Virus record (IMG/VR): IMGVR_UViG_3300010429_001259
DNA: 64,000 nt
Direction: 5' to 3' (one strand)
From: an uncultured virus (IMG/VR IMGVR_UViG_3300010429_001259)
Lineage: Duplodnaviria; Heunggongvirae; Uroviricota; Caudoviricetes
Both the position numbers and the translations under genes were made by a program. Below, in pieces: positions 28,188-37,986 of the stretch; within the stretch, counting starts at the first letter, position 1; every line of letters begins with the position of its first letter. The notes under the pieces were generated by a model. That model was not told the DNA's origin and did not search any database. It saw only the letters and a list, made by a program, of their open reading frames with translations.

Positions 28188-28516
28188 CTGACATCACTCG
28201 CAAGCGCGGCGATACCTACGCCGACGAAATCATCGTCAAGAGCAAGAAGACGAAGCAGCCGATCAACATCACCGGTTACTCATTCCTGCTGACCGTTGAC
28301 TCCAGGCAGGCGCCGACCGACGAGACGACGAAACTCTATCAGCTGACAGGGACGATCCTGGATGCAGCTGCTGGGCGCGTCGAATTCGCCCCCACAGCGA
28401 TGCAGGCAGACCGGGTAGGGGCTTTCTTCTACGACGTGCAGATGGTCGATGGGTCGGGCCGAAAGAGAACGATCGAAGGCGGCAAATACAAGTACGTCCA
28501 GGACATTACGAAATGA
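28184..28516 (+). CDS. BppU-N-like structural protein
   Basis: RGDT..I..PINITG..G.V.F..YDVQ..TI..G pattern. Confidence 0.65.
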   Translation: MTDITRKRGDTYADEIIVKSKKTKQPINITGYSFLLTVDSRQAPTDETTKLYQLTGTILDAAAGRVEFAPTAMQADRVGAFFYDVQMVDGSGRKRTIEGGKYKYVQDITK

Positions 28517-28923
28517 GTGAGAAGAAACTCCACCCCTTCGACATCGAGGAAATGATCGCCCGCGAGGACGATCCGAAGGCCCGCGCCTACCTCATCATCC
28601 TGTCCAGCCTGCACCACGCCCTGATTGCCAACACGTCAGCCACGCTGGAAATCAAGCGTTCGCTGGATGAACACCTGAACAACTTCGAGAAGCAGACCGA
28701 GGAGCACCGGGCGCTGATGAACCAGGGGCGTGGTGCCGCCAAGGTGGTGGCCTGGGTGCTTGGGATCGTCCAGGTGATCGGCCTGGCGATCTGGGTCGAG
28801 GCCAAGGCCGACCTCAAGGGCATCCACGACGCGCTCATCGCCGCGCAGGCGGTGGACATCCGGGCCGATGCCCGCATCAACGAACACGAGGCGCGCCTGA
28901 AGGCGCTGGAGGGCAAGAAGTGA
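28513..28923 (+). CDS. single-TM protein (holin/antiholin candidate)
   Basis: One hydrophobic segment VVAWVLGIVQVIGLAIW; upstream of the endolysin. Confidence 0.55.
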   Translation: MSEKKLHPFDIEEMIAREDDPKARAYLIILSSLHHALIANTSATLEIKRSLDEHLNNFEKQTEEHRALMNQGRGAAKVVAWVLGIVQVIGLAIWVEAKADLKGIHDALIAAQAVDIRADARINEHEARLKALEGKK

Positions 28924-29102
28924 CCCGTTTCACCAGCCGCAAGTTCCTGCTGGCGCTGGCTACGCTGCTGATAGCCTCCTTGCTACTGGCGCTGGGCGTG
29001 GTCACGGCGTTGATCTGGCGTGACGTAGTGATCGCCACCGTGGGCGCCTACATTGCCGGCAACGTGGTCCAGAAGGCCACATCGAAGGAGCCCGTGTCAT
29101 GA
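28920..29102 (+). CDS. putative holin
   Basis: 60 aa, SRKF followed by two TM segments, YIAGNV.QK. Confidence 0.65.
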   Translation: MTRFTSRKFLLALATLLIASLLLALGVVTALIWRDVVIATVGAYIAGNVVQKATSKEPVS

Positions 29103-29320
29103 AGATGCTGCCCAAGGAAGAGCGCCGCCGGGTGCTGAAGAAGAGCCAGTCGATCCGCTGGATCGCAGCCGGCTTCGTGTTCACGGTGCTGGAGGCCGTG
29201 GCCAGTGCGGTCGGCGACGAGCTGCTACCCGGGCCGAAGTGGTTGCGTGCGGCGGCGATCGGGCTGATCCTGGCCTGCGCGTTCGTGGCGCGCTTCATGG
29301 CCGCGCGGGAGGACGATTGA
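29099..29320 (+). CDS. putative holin-like membrane protein
   Basis: 73 aa, two TM segments, coupled to the endolysin start. Confidence 0.6.
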   Translation: MKMLPKEERRRVLKKSQSIRWIAAGFVFTVLEAVASAVGDELLPGPKWLRAAAIGLILACAFVARFMAAREDD

Positions 29321-29814
29321 TGGCACTCGATTCCAGAGGTTCCCGCACGGCTGCCGCCGGCTTGGTGCTGGCAGCCAGCACGCTGGTCGGCATCGCGCTC
29401 AAGGAAAGCTACACCGACAACACGGTGATCCCGGTGCCTGGCGATGTGCCGACCTATGGGTTCGGCACTACGCACCATGCGGACGGATCGCCCGTGAAGA
29501 TGGGCGAGAAGACCACACCCCAGCGAGCATTGGTAGACCTGATGCGTGAGGCGGATCAGGTGTCCATGACCGTGAAGCGCTGCGCTCCGGTGCCGATGTA
29601 CCCGCACGAGTTCAGCGCCATGGTGAGCCTGACTTACAACATTGGGGAGAGTGCCTTCTGCAAGTCCACTGCGGCGCGACGCCTGAATGCGCTCGACTAC
29701 AGCGGTGCGTGCGAGGCGATCCTGATGTGGGACAAGGTGAAGGGTCGCACGGTGCGTGGGCTGACCCTGCGCCGGCAGGCCGAATACCGAGAATGCATGG
29801 GGGAGGGTTTATGA
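29320..29814 (+). CDS. endolysin, GH24 lysozyme, probable SAR type
   Basis: N-terminal Ala/Gly-rich TM, ESY..GDVPTYGFGTT catalytic region, SLTYNIG..AF, GL..RR..E. Confidence 0.92.
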   Translation: MALDSRGSRTAAAGLVLAASTLVGIALKESYTDNTVIPVPGDVPTYGFGTTHHADGSPVKMGEKTTPQRALVDLMREADQVSMTVKRCAPVPMYPHEFSAMVSLTYNIGESAFCKSTAARRLNALDYSGACEAILMWDKVKGRTVRGLTLRRQAEYRECMGEGL

Positions 29815-30017
29815 ACGACGAAATCAAGGCTTTGCGCGAGGAAGTCGCACGGCTGCGCGAGCGAGTAGCCGTGCTGGAAAGCCGTCCGCAGGTCGCCCCA
29901 CATACCTACCCGAGCACGCCATGGCCGGTGTCCCCTTACGATCAATTCAAGCCGCCATGGATGCCGCCATTCGTTGTGACGTGCGCGTCAGGTGCTGAAG
30001 TCAGAGGCGCGGCATGA
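29811..30017 (+). CDS. small hypothetical protein
   Basis: MNDEIKALREE...; ATGA-coupled at both ends. Confidence 0.55.
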   Translation: MNDEIKALREEVARLRERVAVLESRPQVAPHTYPSTPWPVSPYDQFKPPWMPPFVVTCASGAEVRGAA

Positions 30018-30499
30018 GCTTCCTCGACCCACGCCAATGGATCATGGCCATCGCCTTCCTGGGCGCGGCCTTCCTGGGCGTCAAGTTCTGGGAGCACCGC
30101 CTGGTCCAGCAGGGCTTCGATGCTGGATACGCCAAGGCCGAGCAGGTCTACAAGGCGCGCGACGCCAAGGCCCAGGCCGAAGCCGCAGCCAAGACCGCCC
30201 GACTGCAAACCGCTGTTGATACGGCACGAAAGGAGAAGACCGATGCGATTGCCAGCCTTCGCGCTCAGCACGCTGCTGATCTTGAGCGCCTGCGCCAGCG
30301 CCCCGCCCGCCCTGCAAACCTGCCCCCGGCTGCCGGAGATGGACAAGTTGCCGGCGGATGTACTGCAGCCCAGCTTTACCGAGAGGACGCGGAGTTGGCT
30401 CTCCGGGAATCCCTACGAGCTGAAACCGTCCGACTCGACCTCCTCGCATGTTACGCCCAGTACGACCGGGCCCGGTCCGAAGTGAACGGCGCGCCATGA
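30014..30499 (+). CDS. i-spanin (Rz-like)
   Basis: N-terminal TM, periplasmic coiled coil, C-terminal Cys residues. Confidence 0.8.
   Translation: MSFLDPRQWIMAIAFLGAAFLGVKFWEHRLVQQGFDAGYAKAEQVYKARDAKAQAEAAAKTARLQTAVDTARKEKTDAIASLRAQHAADLERLRQRPARPANLPPAAGDGQVAGGCTAAQLYREDAELALRESLRAETVRLDLLACYAQYDRARSEVNGAP
30243..30485 (+). CDS. o-spanin (Rz1-like lipoprotein) embedded in the i-spanin
   Basis: +1 frame, AAGGAG RBS, signal MRLPAFALSTLLILSAC with LSAC lipobox, Pro-rich mature part. Confidence 0.75.
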   Translation: MRLPAFALSTLLILSACASAPPALQTCPRLPEMDKLPADVLQPSFTERTRSWLSGNPYELKPSDSTSSHVTPSTTGPGPK

Positions 30500-30735
30500 A
30501 CAAGCTGGTGAGTGTTGGATGGTTGCTACTCTGGTGCTGGCCGAAGGGCTTGTACCTGCACACAAAACTGATTCTGCTGGCGTGTGCGTCAGTGGCCATG
30601 GCAAAGAACTGAACAGCGGCGATCGCCCAAGTCAGGGGTGGGTGCCGTTCACGGGGCGCGTGTTCCTCGTTACCCAACCCCTGACCGCGGTGGCGCCTTG
30701 TACCTTGGCAGGGCGCCACCGCACCCCGGAACGCA

Positions 30736-30799
30736 GTAAAATTCAGTGCAAACTTACCTGAGCCACTGGCTATGACGGTTCCTCGACAGGAGCCTCATC
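30736..30799 (+). promoter_or_regulatory. conserved leader copy 1 (TAAAAT box, kink-turn hairpin, RBS-sequestering hairpin)
   Basis: GTAAAAT..AAACTTACCTGAGCC-ACT-GGCTATGACGGT-TCCT-CGAC-AGGAGCC; second copy at 40952-41013. Confidence 0.75.
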
Positions 30800-31204
30800 A
30801 TGGCCAATGCCTTCTACACCAAAGGGAAAGAAAAGATTCTTTCCGGCAGCATCAACTGGGTGTCTGACACTATCAAGGTGATGCTGGTCAAGAACACCTA
30901 CCCACAGAACCTGGCAACCGACGAGTTTGTCTCCGGCATCTCGGCTTACCGGCTGAACACCGATCAGACCCTCGGGTCCAAGTCTGTCACGGGCGGTGTC
31001 TTCGACGCTGGTGACGCGACCTTCACTTCCGTGACGGCTGGCGACACCAGTGAGGGCGTGGTGATCTACAAAGACACCGGCGCCGAAGCCACATCCCCGC
31101 TGCTGATCTACATCGACACGATCACTGGCTTTCCGCTGGCGACCAACGGCGGAGACATCACCATCGCATGGGACAACGGCGCTTACAAGATCTTCAGCCT
31201 GTAA
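30800..31204 (+). CDS. virion structural (tail-associated) protein
   Basis: MANAFY..GK..IL...INW.SDTIKV.LV, PLL.YID, NGGDITI.W. Confidence 0.75.
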   Translation: MANAFYTKGKEKILSGSINWVSDTIKVMLVKNTYPQNLATDEFVSGISAYRLNTDQTLGSKSVTGGVFDAGDATFTSVTAGDTSEGVVIYKDTGAEATSPLLIYIDTITGFPLATNGGDITIAWDNGAYKIFSL

Positions 31205-31213
31205 GGGATCGGC

Positions 31214-32086
31214 ATGGCTGGCGACGCCAACTACAACAGCGTCTCGCTGCTGCTGCACGGCAACGGCTCTGACGGTTCGACGACCGTCACGGACAACAGC
31301 CCGTCACCAAAAACCGTCACCGCCGTCGGAAATGCACGGATCAGAACCGCGCAAAGCAAGTTCGGCGGTTCGTCGCTCTATTGTGACGGCTCTGGAGACT
31401 ACTTTTCACTCACCGGGGTGTCCTTCGGTACAGGTGTATTCACCGTCGAGGGCTGGGTGTACATTGTCGCAACGGACAAGACAAACGCCCTGATTGACAC
31501 GCGCAATACCGACATAACGACGAGCGGCTTTTTGTTGTATGTCCGGTCAACAAACAAACTGACGGTCGGCACCGGAAATCCTTTTGTAGCCACGGAGGGA
31601 GCAACAACGGTTACAACAGGCTGGCACCACTTTGCCCTGGTTCGCACCGGAGGCAACTTTTACACCTATCTGGACGGCGTGCTTGAAGCGACAGTCGCCA
31701 ATGCGGCCACGCTGTCCAGCACAAGCTGGCGCATTGGAAATACGTGGGACGCATCGGCGAACGGCGAGGTCTATATTGACGACCTGCGCGTAACCAGTGG
31801 AGTCGCCAGGTACACCAGCAATTTCACGCCTCCCGAGCGCGCATTCCAGGATGGTTTGGGCGAGATAGAAGGCGTTGTGCGGGACGGCACAGGGGCGCTC
31901 TGCTCGCGCACAGTGCGTGCGTACCGGCGAGACACCGGGGCGCTGGCTGGGTCGGCGGTCAGCGACGCCACGACAGGGGCTTACCGCATTGGCACACCAA
32001 CACTTGACGAAGTGAGCGTCATCGCCCTTGACGATGCGGCAAGCACCTTTGAAAACGATCGAATCATCCGGGTTGTACCAGCATGA
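31214..32086 (+). CDS. tail fibre/spike protein with LamG (ConA-like) domain
   Basis: VSLLLH..G, SKFGGSS, FTVEGW, WHHFALVR, YIDDLRVT.GVARYT.NFTPP. Confidence 0.85.
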   Translation: MAGDANYNSVSLLLHGNGSDGSTTVTDNSPSPKTVTAVGNARIRTAQSKFGGSSLYCDGSGDYFSLTGVSFGTGVFTVEGWVYIVATDKTNALIDTRNTDITTSGFLLYVRSTNKLTVGTGNPFVATEGATTVTTGWHHFALVRTGGNFYTYLDGVLEATVANAATLSSTSWRIGNTWDASANGEVYIDDLRVTSGVARYTSNFTPPERAFQDGLGEIEGVVRDGTGALCSRTVRAYRRDTGALAGSAVSDATTGAYRIGTPTLDEVSVIALDDAASTFENDRIIRVVPA

Positions 32087-32817
32087 CGCACAAAATAATC
32101 GACCGCTGCAAGGAAACGACCGGCACGACCGGGACCGGAAACCTGACGCTCACCGGGCCAGTGGCCGGGTGCGTGTCCATGGCGTCTGCCCTGACCAGCG
32201 ACGGCGACACAAGCTGGTTCTGTGCAGAGAACGGAACCGAGTGGGAAGTGTTTCTTGGCACCCGCGTGAACTCCACCACGCTGTCGCGGTCGCTGATCTC
32301 GTCCAGCACCGGCAGCACGGTCAACTTCACGGCGCCGCCGGTTGTGTTCTCGACGGTGCCAGCGTCGCGAATGCCGGTTGCCCAAGGGCCTGCATTTTCT
32401 GCCTACCTTAGCAGCCCACAAACAGTGTCGAGCGGGGCTGCAACAAAAGTCGCCTTCAACGCGGAAAGCTTTGACATCGGCGGCTGCTTTGACAGTACAA
32501 CCAACCGCAGGTTTACCCCGACGGTGCCCGGCGTCTACAGCGTGTCATGGCTGGTCACATTCAGAAGCACTGGCGCGATGTCGGCCAGCACCTATATGCC
32601 AACGCTCCTGAAGAACGGTCAGTTGGTCGCGGGCTCGAACTATGCAAACTGTGCCCCAACCACTGCCGCACTTGGAGGCCAGGCCCTAGTGTTCATGAAC
32701 GGGACGACCGATTACCTGGAGGTATACGGGGTCGTTACGGGAACTGGCACACTGACGTTCGGTGGCGGGGTTGGTGAGACGTTGTTTTCTGCGTTTCTCG
32801 TCACCGCCACTGGATAA
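32083..32817 (+). CDS. tail fibre protein with C1q/TNF-like C-terminal domain
   Basis: DRCKET..TTGTG..TL N-terminus; PAFSAY..F.....D....F...RFTPTVPGVY..MNGTTDYLEV..FSAFLV. Confidence 0.8.
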   Translation: MTHKIIDRCKETTGTTGTGNLTLTGPVAGCVSMASALTSDGDTSWFCAENGTEWEVFLGTRVNSTTLSRSLISSSTGSTVNFTAPPVVFSTVPASRMPVAQGPAFSAYLSSPQTVSSGAATKVAFNAESFDIGGCFDSTTNRRFTPTVPGVYSVSWLVTFRSTGAMSASTYMPTLLKNGQLVAGSNYANCAPTTAALGGQALVFMNGTTDYLEVYGVVTGTGTLTFGGGVGETLFSAFLVTATG

Positions 32818-32820
32818 CCC

Positions 32821-34164
32821 ATGCTCGGCTTCGCCCCACTTTCGACGCTGCCGTTCGGCGCAACGCCGGCGCCGCTGGGGCCTTACGTTCGCCCGGCGGC
32901 AGCGTCGGCGGACATCTCGTTCAACGGCACCACTTATACAAGCCCGGCGTACAACGCTGCGAACCTGACGTTTGTAACGGCACCGGCGAACAACGTCACG
33001 GCGGTCCCGCCGGTGGCAACCTTCGGGGTGCCCATTGCCGCCTACGCACGCACCTCCACCGCAACTGGGTTGGCGCCGACAACGAATGTGCCCGCGCCTG
33101 GGCATCGCCTTACGCAGCCGACATCGGGAATCTCAACAACGTCCTTCGGGGTGGGGTTCGGCGCGAACTACCAGCGGCCGGTCGGGTTCAGCACGACTGG
33201 GATTGGGGCCGCCAGGATATTCCCGTACAACACAGCGCCGTGGCCAGTCTCGACGCAGATCGGTTCTCCACGGCTATTCCCGTTCCATGTGGCGCCGTGG
33301 CCTGTCTCGACCCGGTTCGGTGGAGTGGGCGGCAACCAGTTCTGGCGCGCGCCGACAATGGCGGTCGTCGCGCGCCTGGGGACGCCGACAACGCCGACGA
33401 ATCGCACAGGGGAGGCGTCGGGTTTTGCTGTCGCTAAACTCGGTAGCCCGCTGGCTATCCGCCACTTGCCGCCGAACACGAACATCATCTGCATGGCAGA
33501 AGACTTCAAGCCGGTGCATTTCGGCACGCCCGCGGCCAACTGGGACCAGTCCGGGCAGGTGCAGGTCGTCGCGCCGACCGTGCAGTTCGGGGCGCCCAGA
33601 GCGATCACCGCGCACCACGTTGACGGCCTCGCGCCGATCATGCGGTTTGGCACGCCGATCATTCGCACGACGCAGCGGGCGCTCGGCGTCAAGTCAACCT
33701 CGTTTGGGTCGGCAAAGGCGATCCTGACGCAGCACGGCACTGGCTCGGCCCCGATCATTCACGTCGGTTTGGCCAAGGCGATCACCACGCATCATGTAGG
33801 AAGTGCCGCGCCGACTGCCCAGTTTGGCGCGCCGACCATTCGCACGACGCATCGAGTATCGGGATTCAAGCCCGTGCAGTTCGGCACACCCAGGGCCATC
33901 CTGACGCAGCACGCGACCGGCACTGCGCCCAAGGCGCGCTTCGGCACACCGAAGACCATCCGATCGAATTGGTATGAGGTCCGCGGCTTCTGCCCGTTTC
34001 GGTCGGGCACGCCACGCGGCTACCAGCGCAACAACCGCCGGGCCGACGGGTTCGGTCCTGTCCAGTTCGGCGCGCCGGCGGCATTCCATACGCACTGCTG
34101 CACATCCATCCCGCCAATTGCCAGGCTCGGCAGGCCGCTGCTCAAGAGGAACACAACATGCTGA
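32821..34164 (+). CDS. repeat-rich structural protein (FGxP repeats)
   Basis: MLGFAPLSTLPF start; many ~20-aa repeats containing FG(T/A/S)P. Confidence 0.7.
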   Translation: MLGFAPLSTLPFGATPAPLGPYVRPAAASADISFNGTTYTSPAYNAANLTFVTAPANNVTAVPPVATFGVPIAAYARTSTATGLAPTTNVPAPGHRLTQPTSGISTTSFGVGFGANYQRPVGFSTTGIGAARIFPYNTAPWPVSTQIGSPRLFPFHVAPWPVSTRFGGVGGNQFWRAPTMAVVARLGTPTTPTNRTGEASGFAVAKLGSPLAIRHLPPNTNIICMAEDFKPVHFGTPAANWDQSGQVQVVAPTVQFGAPRAITAHHVDGLAPIMRFGTPIIRTTQRALGVKSTSFGSAKAILTQHGTGSAPIIHVGLAKAITTHHVGSAAPTAQFGAPTIRTTHRVSGFKPVQFGTPRAILTQHATGTAPKARFGTPKTIRSNWYEVRGFCPFRSGTPRGYQRNNRRADGFGPVQFGAPAAFHTHCCTSIPPIARLGRPLLKRNTTC

Positions 34165-35387
34165 CCTTCAAATCGTTCACAGGGATCAACAATGTCATCC
34201 CTTCGGCCAGGCTGACGCATGACCGGGAATCGAAGACTGCTGAACTGGCCTCTGCGGTCAACGTAGACATCGGCCTGACTGGTGAAGTGCGGCGTCGCGC
34301 CGGGTATTCCGAGCTGCTGGCGACCTGTCACAAGAACCTCCACCAGGCGGACGGGTTCATCCTGGCCACCGTGGACGGCGGCGACCTGATCTCGATGGAC
34401 GCTGCCGGTGACAACCGCGTCACGTTGTATCCGTCGCTCGGCGTGTCGCGGGTCTGGTATTGCAACCTGCCCGACGGACGCACGACATTCTCGAACGGCC
34501 TGATCTGCGGTGTGACAGACGGGGCCACGGCTACTGCGTGGGGCGTTCCGATCCCTGCGTCGCTCGGCGCCCTGTCCGCCACAGCCGGCGACTTGTACCC
34601 GGGCGACTATCAGTATCAGCTCACGTACGTCCGGCTCAGCGACGGCCTTGAGGGCGGGCCAATCTATTCGAATCCAATTCCGGTAGCCAGCGGCGGCATC
34701 ATCCTGACCGGTCTGCCGCAACTCGACGGCTACAAAATCAACGTCTACATTACCGCCCACAACGGCGACTACGGGTTCTATGCTGGGGAGACTACCGGCA
34801 CGACGTTTACCTACACAGGCAAGAACGACGCCTTGGTACGCCCTTGTCACACGGACAAGATGTATCCGGCGCCGGCCGGTACTGTGCAGGCGATGTTCCG
34901 CTCCCGCGTCTTGACGGCCGTCGAGAACGTCTTGTATGCATCCCGCCCAGGTGGCTGGGAGTTGTTCGACATCCAACGCGACTTCAAGCAGTTCTCTGCC
35001 CCGATCACCCTCGTCCAACCCGTCGACGACGGGCTGTACGTCGGTACGACCGACGAACTGGCGTTTCTCGCTGGCGGCGAGTTCGACAAACTGGTGTACC
35101 GCCGAGTGGCCGGTCCAACAGTCCTCGGGTCTGGCGTTTCGGTCCGGGGAGAGCTGATCAAGTTGGGTGAGGGCACTGGGCACGGAGGCGCTATGATTTG
35201 CATAGCGGACGGAGTAATCTGCGCGGGGTTCTCCGGGGGTAACATCGTCCGGATAACCGAAAAACGATATCAGGTCTCCGCCACCGAGGTGTCTGCCACG
35301 TTCCGGATGGCGCGCGGCCGAGTCCCACAATACGTCGCGGTTCCACAATACGCCGAGGTTCCACAACCCGGCGGGGATCCGGTATGA
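34158..35387 (+). CDS. tail structural protein
   Basis: F.GINN..A.NVDI..G.V.RR.GY N-terminus typical of podovirus tail/stabilisation proteins. Confidence 0.65.
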   Translation: MLTFKSFTGINNVIPSARLTHDRESKTAELASAVNVDIGLTGEVRRRAGYSELLATCHKNLHQADGFILATVDGGDLISMDAAGDNRVTLYPSLGVSRVWYCNLPDGRTTFSNGLICGVTDGATATAWGVPIPASLGALSATAGDLYPGDYQYQLTYVRLSDGLEGGPIYSNPIPVASGGIILTGLPQLDGYKINVYITAHNGDYGFYAGETTGTTFTYTGKNDALVRPCHTDKMYPAPAGTVQAMFRSRVLTAVENVLYASRPGGWELFDIQRDFKQFSAPITLVQPVDDGLYVGTTDELAFLAGGEFDKLVYRRVAGPTVLGSGVSVRGELIKLGEGTGHGGAMICIADGVICAGFSGGNIVRITEKRYQVSATEVSATFRMARGRVPQYVAVPQYAEVPQPGGDPV

Positions 35388-37984
35388 ACCTCAACGACCC
35401 GTCCTTCCTTAAGTTCGACGGCTCGCCCGATCTCGGGCGGGTACCACCGCGTCTGGTGATTGATGGGAACGGCGGCGTCCTGACAGGGGAACAATGGAGT
35501 GCCGTGGAGCACGCCTACCTGCACTTCCGCAGTATCTGCCGGCTGTCGGTGGCGCCGTTTCACTCCGAGCAAGTCGCGCTCAGCGACGGGACCGAGGTAT
35601 GGATGTGGTCGCTGCAGGGGCGAGACGAGGTAATAGTTCGGCCGAAGTCAGGCAAGACAAAAAACAAACTCCCGCATGGCTTTGCCGTGGCGACGAACTG
35701 GCACAGCCCGATGATTTATCGCCGCGACCTGAACGACGGCGTGCACTGGCTGCTCGGTCCGCAGGCTCCACAGATTGTTAGCCACGCAACAGCGCACTAC
35801 GACAACCAAGTGTTTCGTAAGAACGTCGAGGCGAACGAATTTTTCAACCTGCCGCACGTCCGGAACCACTGGAATACCGTTCTGTGGGACTACCGGATGA
35901 ACGGCGCGCCGACTGTCAGCGCAACACCTGCCGTCCCGTTCCTGCTCAAGAACAGCACGACGGATCAGTTCACCATCGGCTCGCCACACTACGCGGCCGG
36001 CGGTGAACTGATGGATGCCACCGGCGCTACGATTTACACCATGGCCGACGAGGCTCCGATCCTGGTTCCTGACCACCCGGACTACCCGGAGTCGGTACAC
36101 CAGCGCGCGGCAATCACGGATGCCGCCGGAAACCAGATCGCATTGCAGGCCATGCGCTTCACGGTGATCTCGCCGACGAACAATATCTGGAAGTTCCGGT
36201 TCTGGAATGAACGACTCAACCGCACGGATGACAGCACCTACGCACTGGTCGAGCGGGCTGCGACAGAGTTCACAACCCCGTGGGGGAAGCAGACAACGAC
36301 GACGACCTCGATCAACGACAACAGCCTTGGCGAAGACCCGGCGCTGCTGTTCAAATTCAAGGCAACCAGCGCCATGAAGCCGGGTGGCTACCACTCCGGT
36401 GGCCTGTGGAACGGTCACTTTGGATGGTCCGGCCCTGATGCATGGAGCGACATAACTGGCGTTACGATCAGAGGCTCTGATAACCAGTCGCTGCGACAGA
36501 TCAAGGAGCAGGGTGCAGGCGTCGCCACCTACGACAAACTGATCGCCACGGCTGGGGAGACTGAAACCGGGCACATCCCGATCGAGCGTCGGTTGAACTA
36601 CCCGGCGAAGATTTTCTGGCGCGGCGGCTACCACCAAAAATGGAGCTGGGTGGAAGATGTCGCAGAGCTTTTGCTTGGCAGCAAGTTTGCGACGCTTCCG
36701 TATAACTACAGGGTCATCGACGCAGCAATCACAAGATACAACACAGAATACGACGTAGACGGTACTCCGACCATTACGGCCAAACTGGGGTGGATCGATT
36801 TGCTGCTACTGGAGGGGACCACGACAGGACGAATGAGTGGGAAAGAATACATCAATCAGTATGCACAGATTGGTGTTTACCCGTGGGTGGACTATATGTT
36901 CCCGTGGAGCAATTTCTACATCACCCAAGAAATCAAGCGTCCGACTGACTTCCCATACAGCCCATCGGGCGACCCATACCCAGGGTACACGGCATGGGCC
37001 GAGGCATCCAACGTCAAGGATCTGTACTGGTCTGACTACCTGGCACATGGAACAGGAACATCTTACTTGGGCGGCCCTCCACCACAACCCGCCATCAAGT
37101 ACGAATACCCGTTCAACGACCGACCGGCCAACACGGTCAGCTATGCGCTCAAGAGCCGCTACGTGATCGACTTCGACCAGAAAGGGCGCTTCTACGCGGC
37201 GATCCGGTGCGAAGTGACGGCCACCGGCGCCGCGTGGAAGGAAGACATCGCGGTCTACAAGGGGTTCATGGTCAAGGACACGGACCCGAGCTACACCGTG
37301 AAAATCTGGTTCGAGTGCAACTGGGGCGGTGAACCGTTCGGCACGCCAGCCACCGGGCCGACCGAACTGCTGCTGGTCGAGGAAACCATCACGCGCCCGA
37401 TGTTCGAGGCGATCGTAGTCTCGCAGTTCAGCCCGTGGTATTGGCCCTACCCGGCCTACATCGACCGAGACTGCAAGGTGCGCACGCCGCCCGAGCCGGT
37501 GCCGGACGAAAACTTCATGATGATGTTCGCCAACCTGGCCAGCCACCAGGGCGTGAACACGAACCTCTGCTGCGCCGATGTGCGACCCGACATCATCGGC
37601 ACCGACATTGAGAAGTCCTACAGCAAAGACGGCGTGGAGTATTCCTACGAGGACAACGGGATCGTCACGCCGCATACCCGGTACGTGACCGGCCAGCTTT
37701 ACGCGCGAACCTTCAAGCTGTCGGACTTCTACGAGGCGTTCTGGATGCTGTACCAGTTGAAGGTGGACGCAGCCGAGGGCGATGTCCAGGATGAAGGCTA
37801 TCCGAAGTGGTTCTATCATCCGGTCATCAAGGCTGCGATGGACGTGACCCGGCACATCGAAGTCCGCGACGGGGTGATCGTGCAGTGGTCTGACAACATT
37901 CCGACACCGATCAGCGGGCACCCGCCGACACCAGAGCCGCACCCGGCTCCGACCGACCGAATCATCAAACTCTACAGGGTGTGA
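35384..37984 (+). CDS. large virion protein of unknown function
   Basis: 866-aa ORF, aromatic/Pro-rich, coupled at both ends. Confidence 0.75.
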   Translation: MNLNDPSFLKFDGSPDLGRVPPRLVIDGNGGVLTGEQWSAVEHAYLHFRSICRLSVAPFHSEQVALSDGTEVWMWSLQGRDEVIVRPKSGKTKNKLPHGFAVATNWHSPMIYRRDLNDGVHWLLGPQAPQIVSHATAHYDNQVFRKNVEANEFFNLPHVRNHWNTVLWDYRMNGAPTVSATPAVPFLLKNSTTDQFTIGSPHYAAGGELMDATGATIYTMADEAPILVPDHPDYPESVHQRAAITDAAGNQIALQAMRFTVISPTNNIWKFRFWNERLNRTDDSTYALVERAATEFTTPWGKQTTTTTSINDNSLGEDPALLFKFKATSAMKPGGYHSGGLWNGHFGWSGPDAWSDITGVTIRGSDNQSLRQIKEQGAGVATYDKLIATAGETETGHIPIERRLNYPAKIFWRGGYHQKWSWVEDVAELLLGSKFATLPYNYRVIDAAITRYNTEYDVDGTPTITAKLGWIDLLLLEGTTTGRMSGKEYINQYAQIGVYPWVDYMFPWSNFYITQEIKRPTDFPYSPSGDPYPGYTAWAEASNVKDLYWSDYLAHGTGTSYLGGPPPQPAIKYEYPFNDRPANTVSYALKSRYVIDFDQKGRFYAAIRCEVTATGAAWKEDIAVYKGFMVKDTDPSYTVKIWFECNWGGEPFGTPATGPTELLLVEETITRPMFEAIVVSQFSPWYWPYPAYIDRDCKVRTPPEPVPDENFMMMFANLASHQGVNTNLCCADVRPDIIGTDIEKSYSKDGVEYSYEDNGIVTPHTRYVTGQLYARTFKLSDFYEAFWMLYQLKVDAAEGDVQDEGYPKWFYHPVIKAAMDVTRHIEVRDGVIVQWSDNIPTPISGHPPTPEPHPAPTDRIIKLYRV

Positions 37985-37986
37985 CC

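Noticed and set aside
35322..35368. 18-bp tandem repeat (VPQYVA VPQYAE VPQ)
   Set aside because: About 2.5 degenerate copies at a gene end; likely slippage with no evident function
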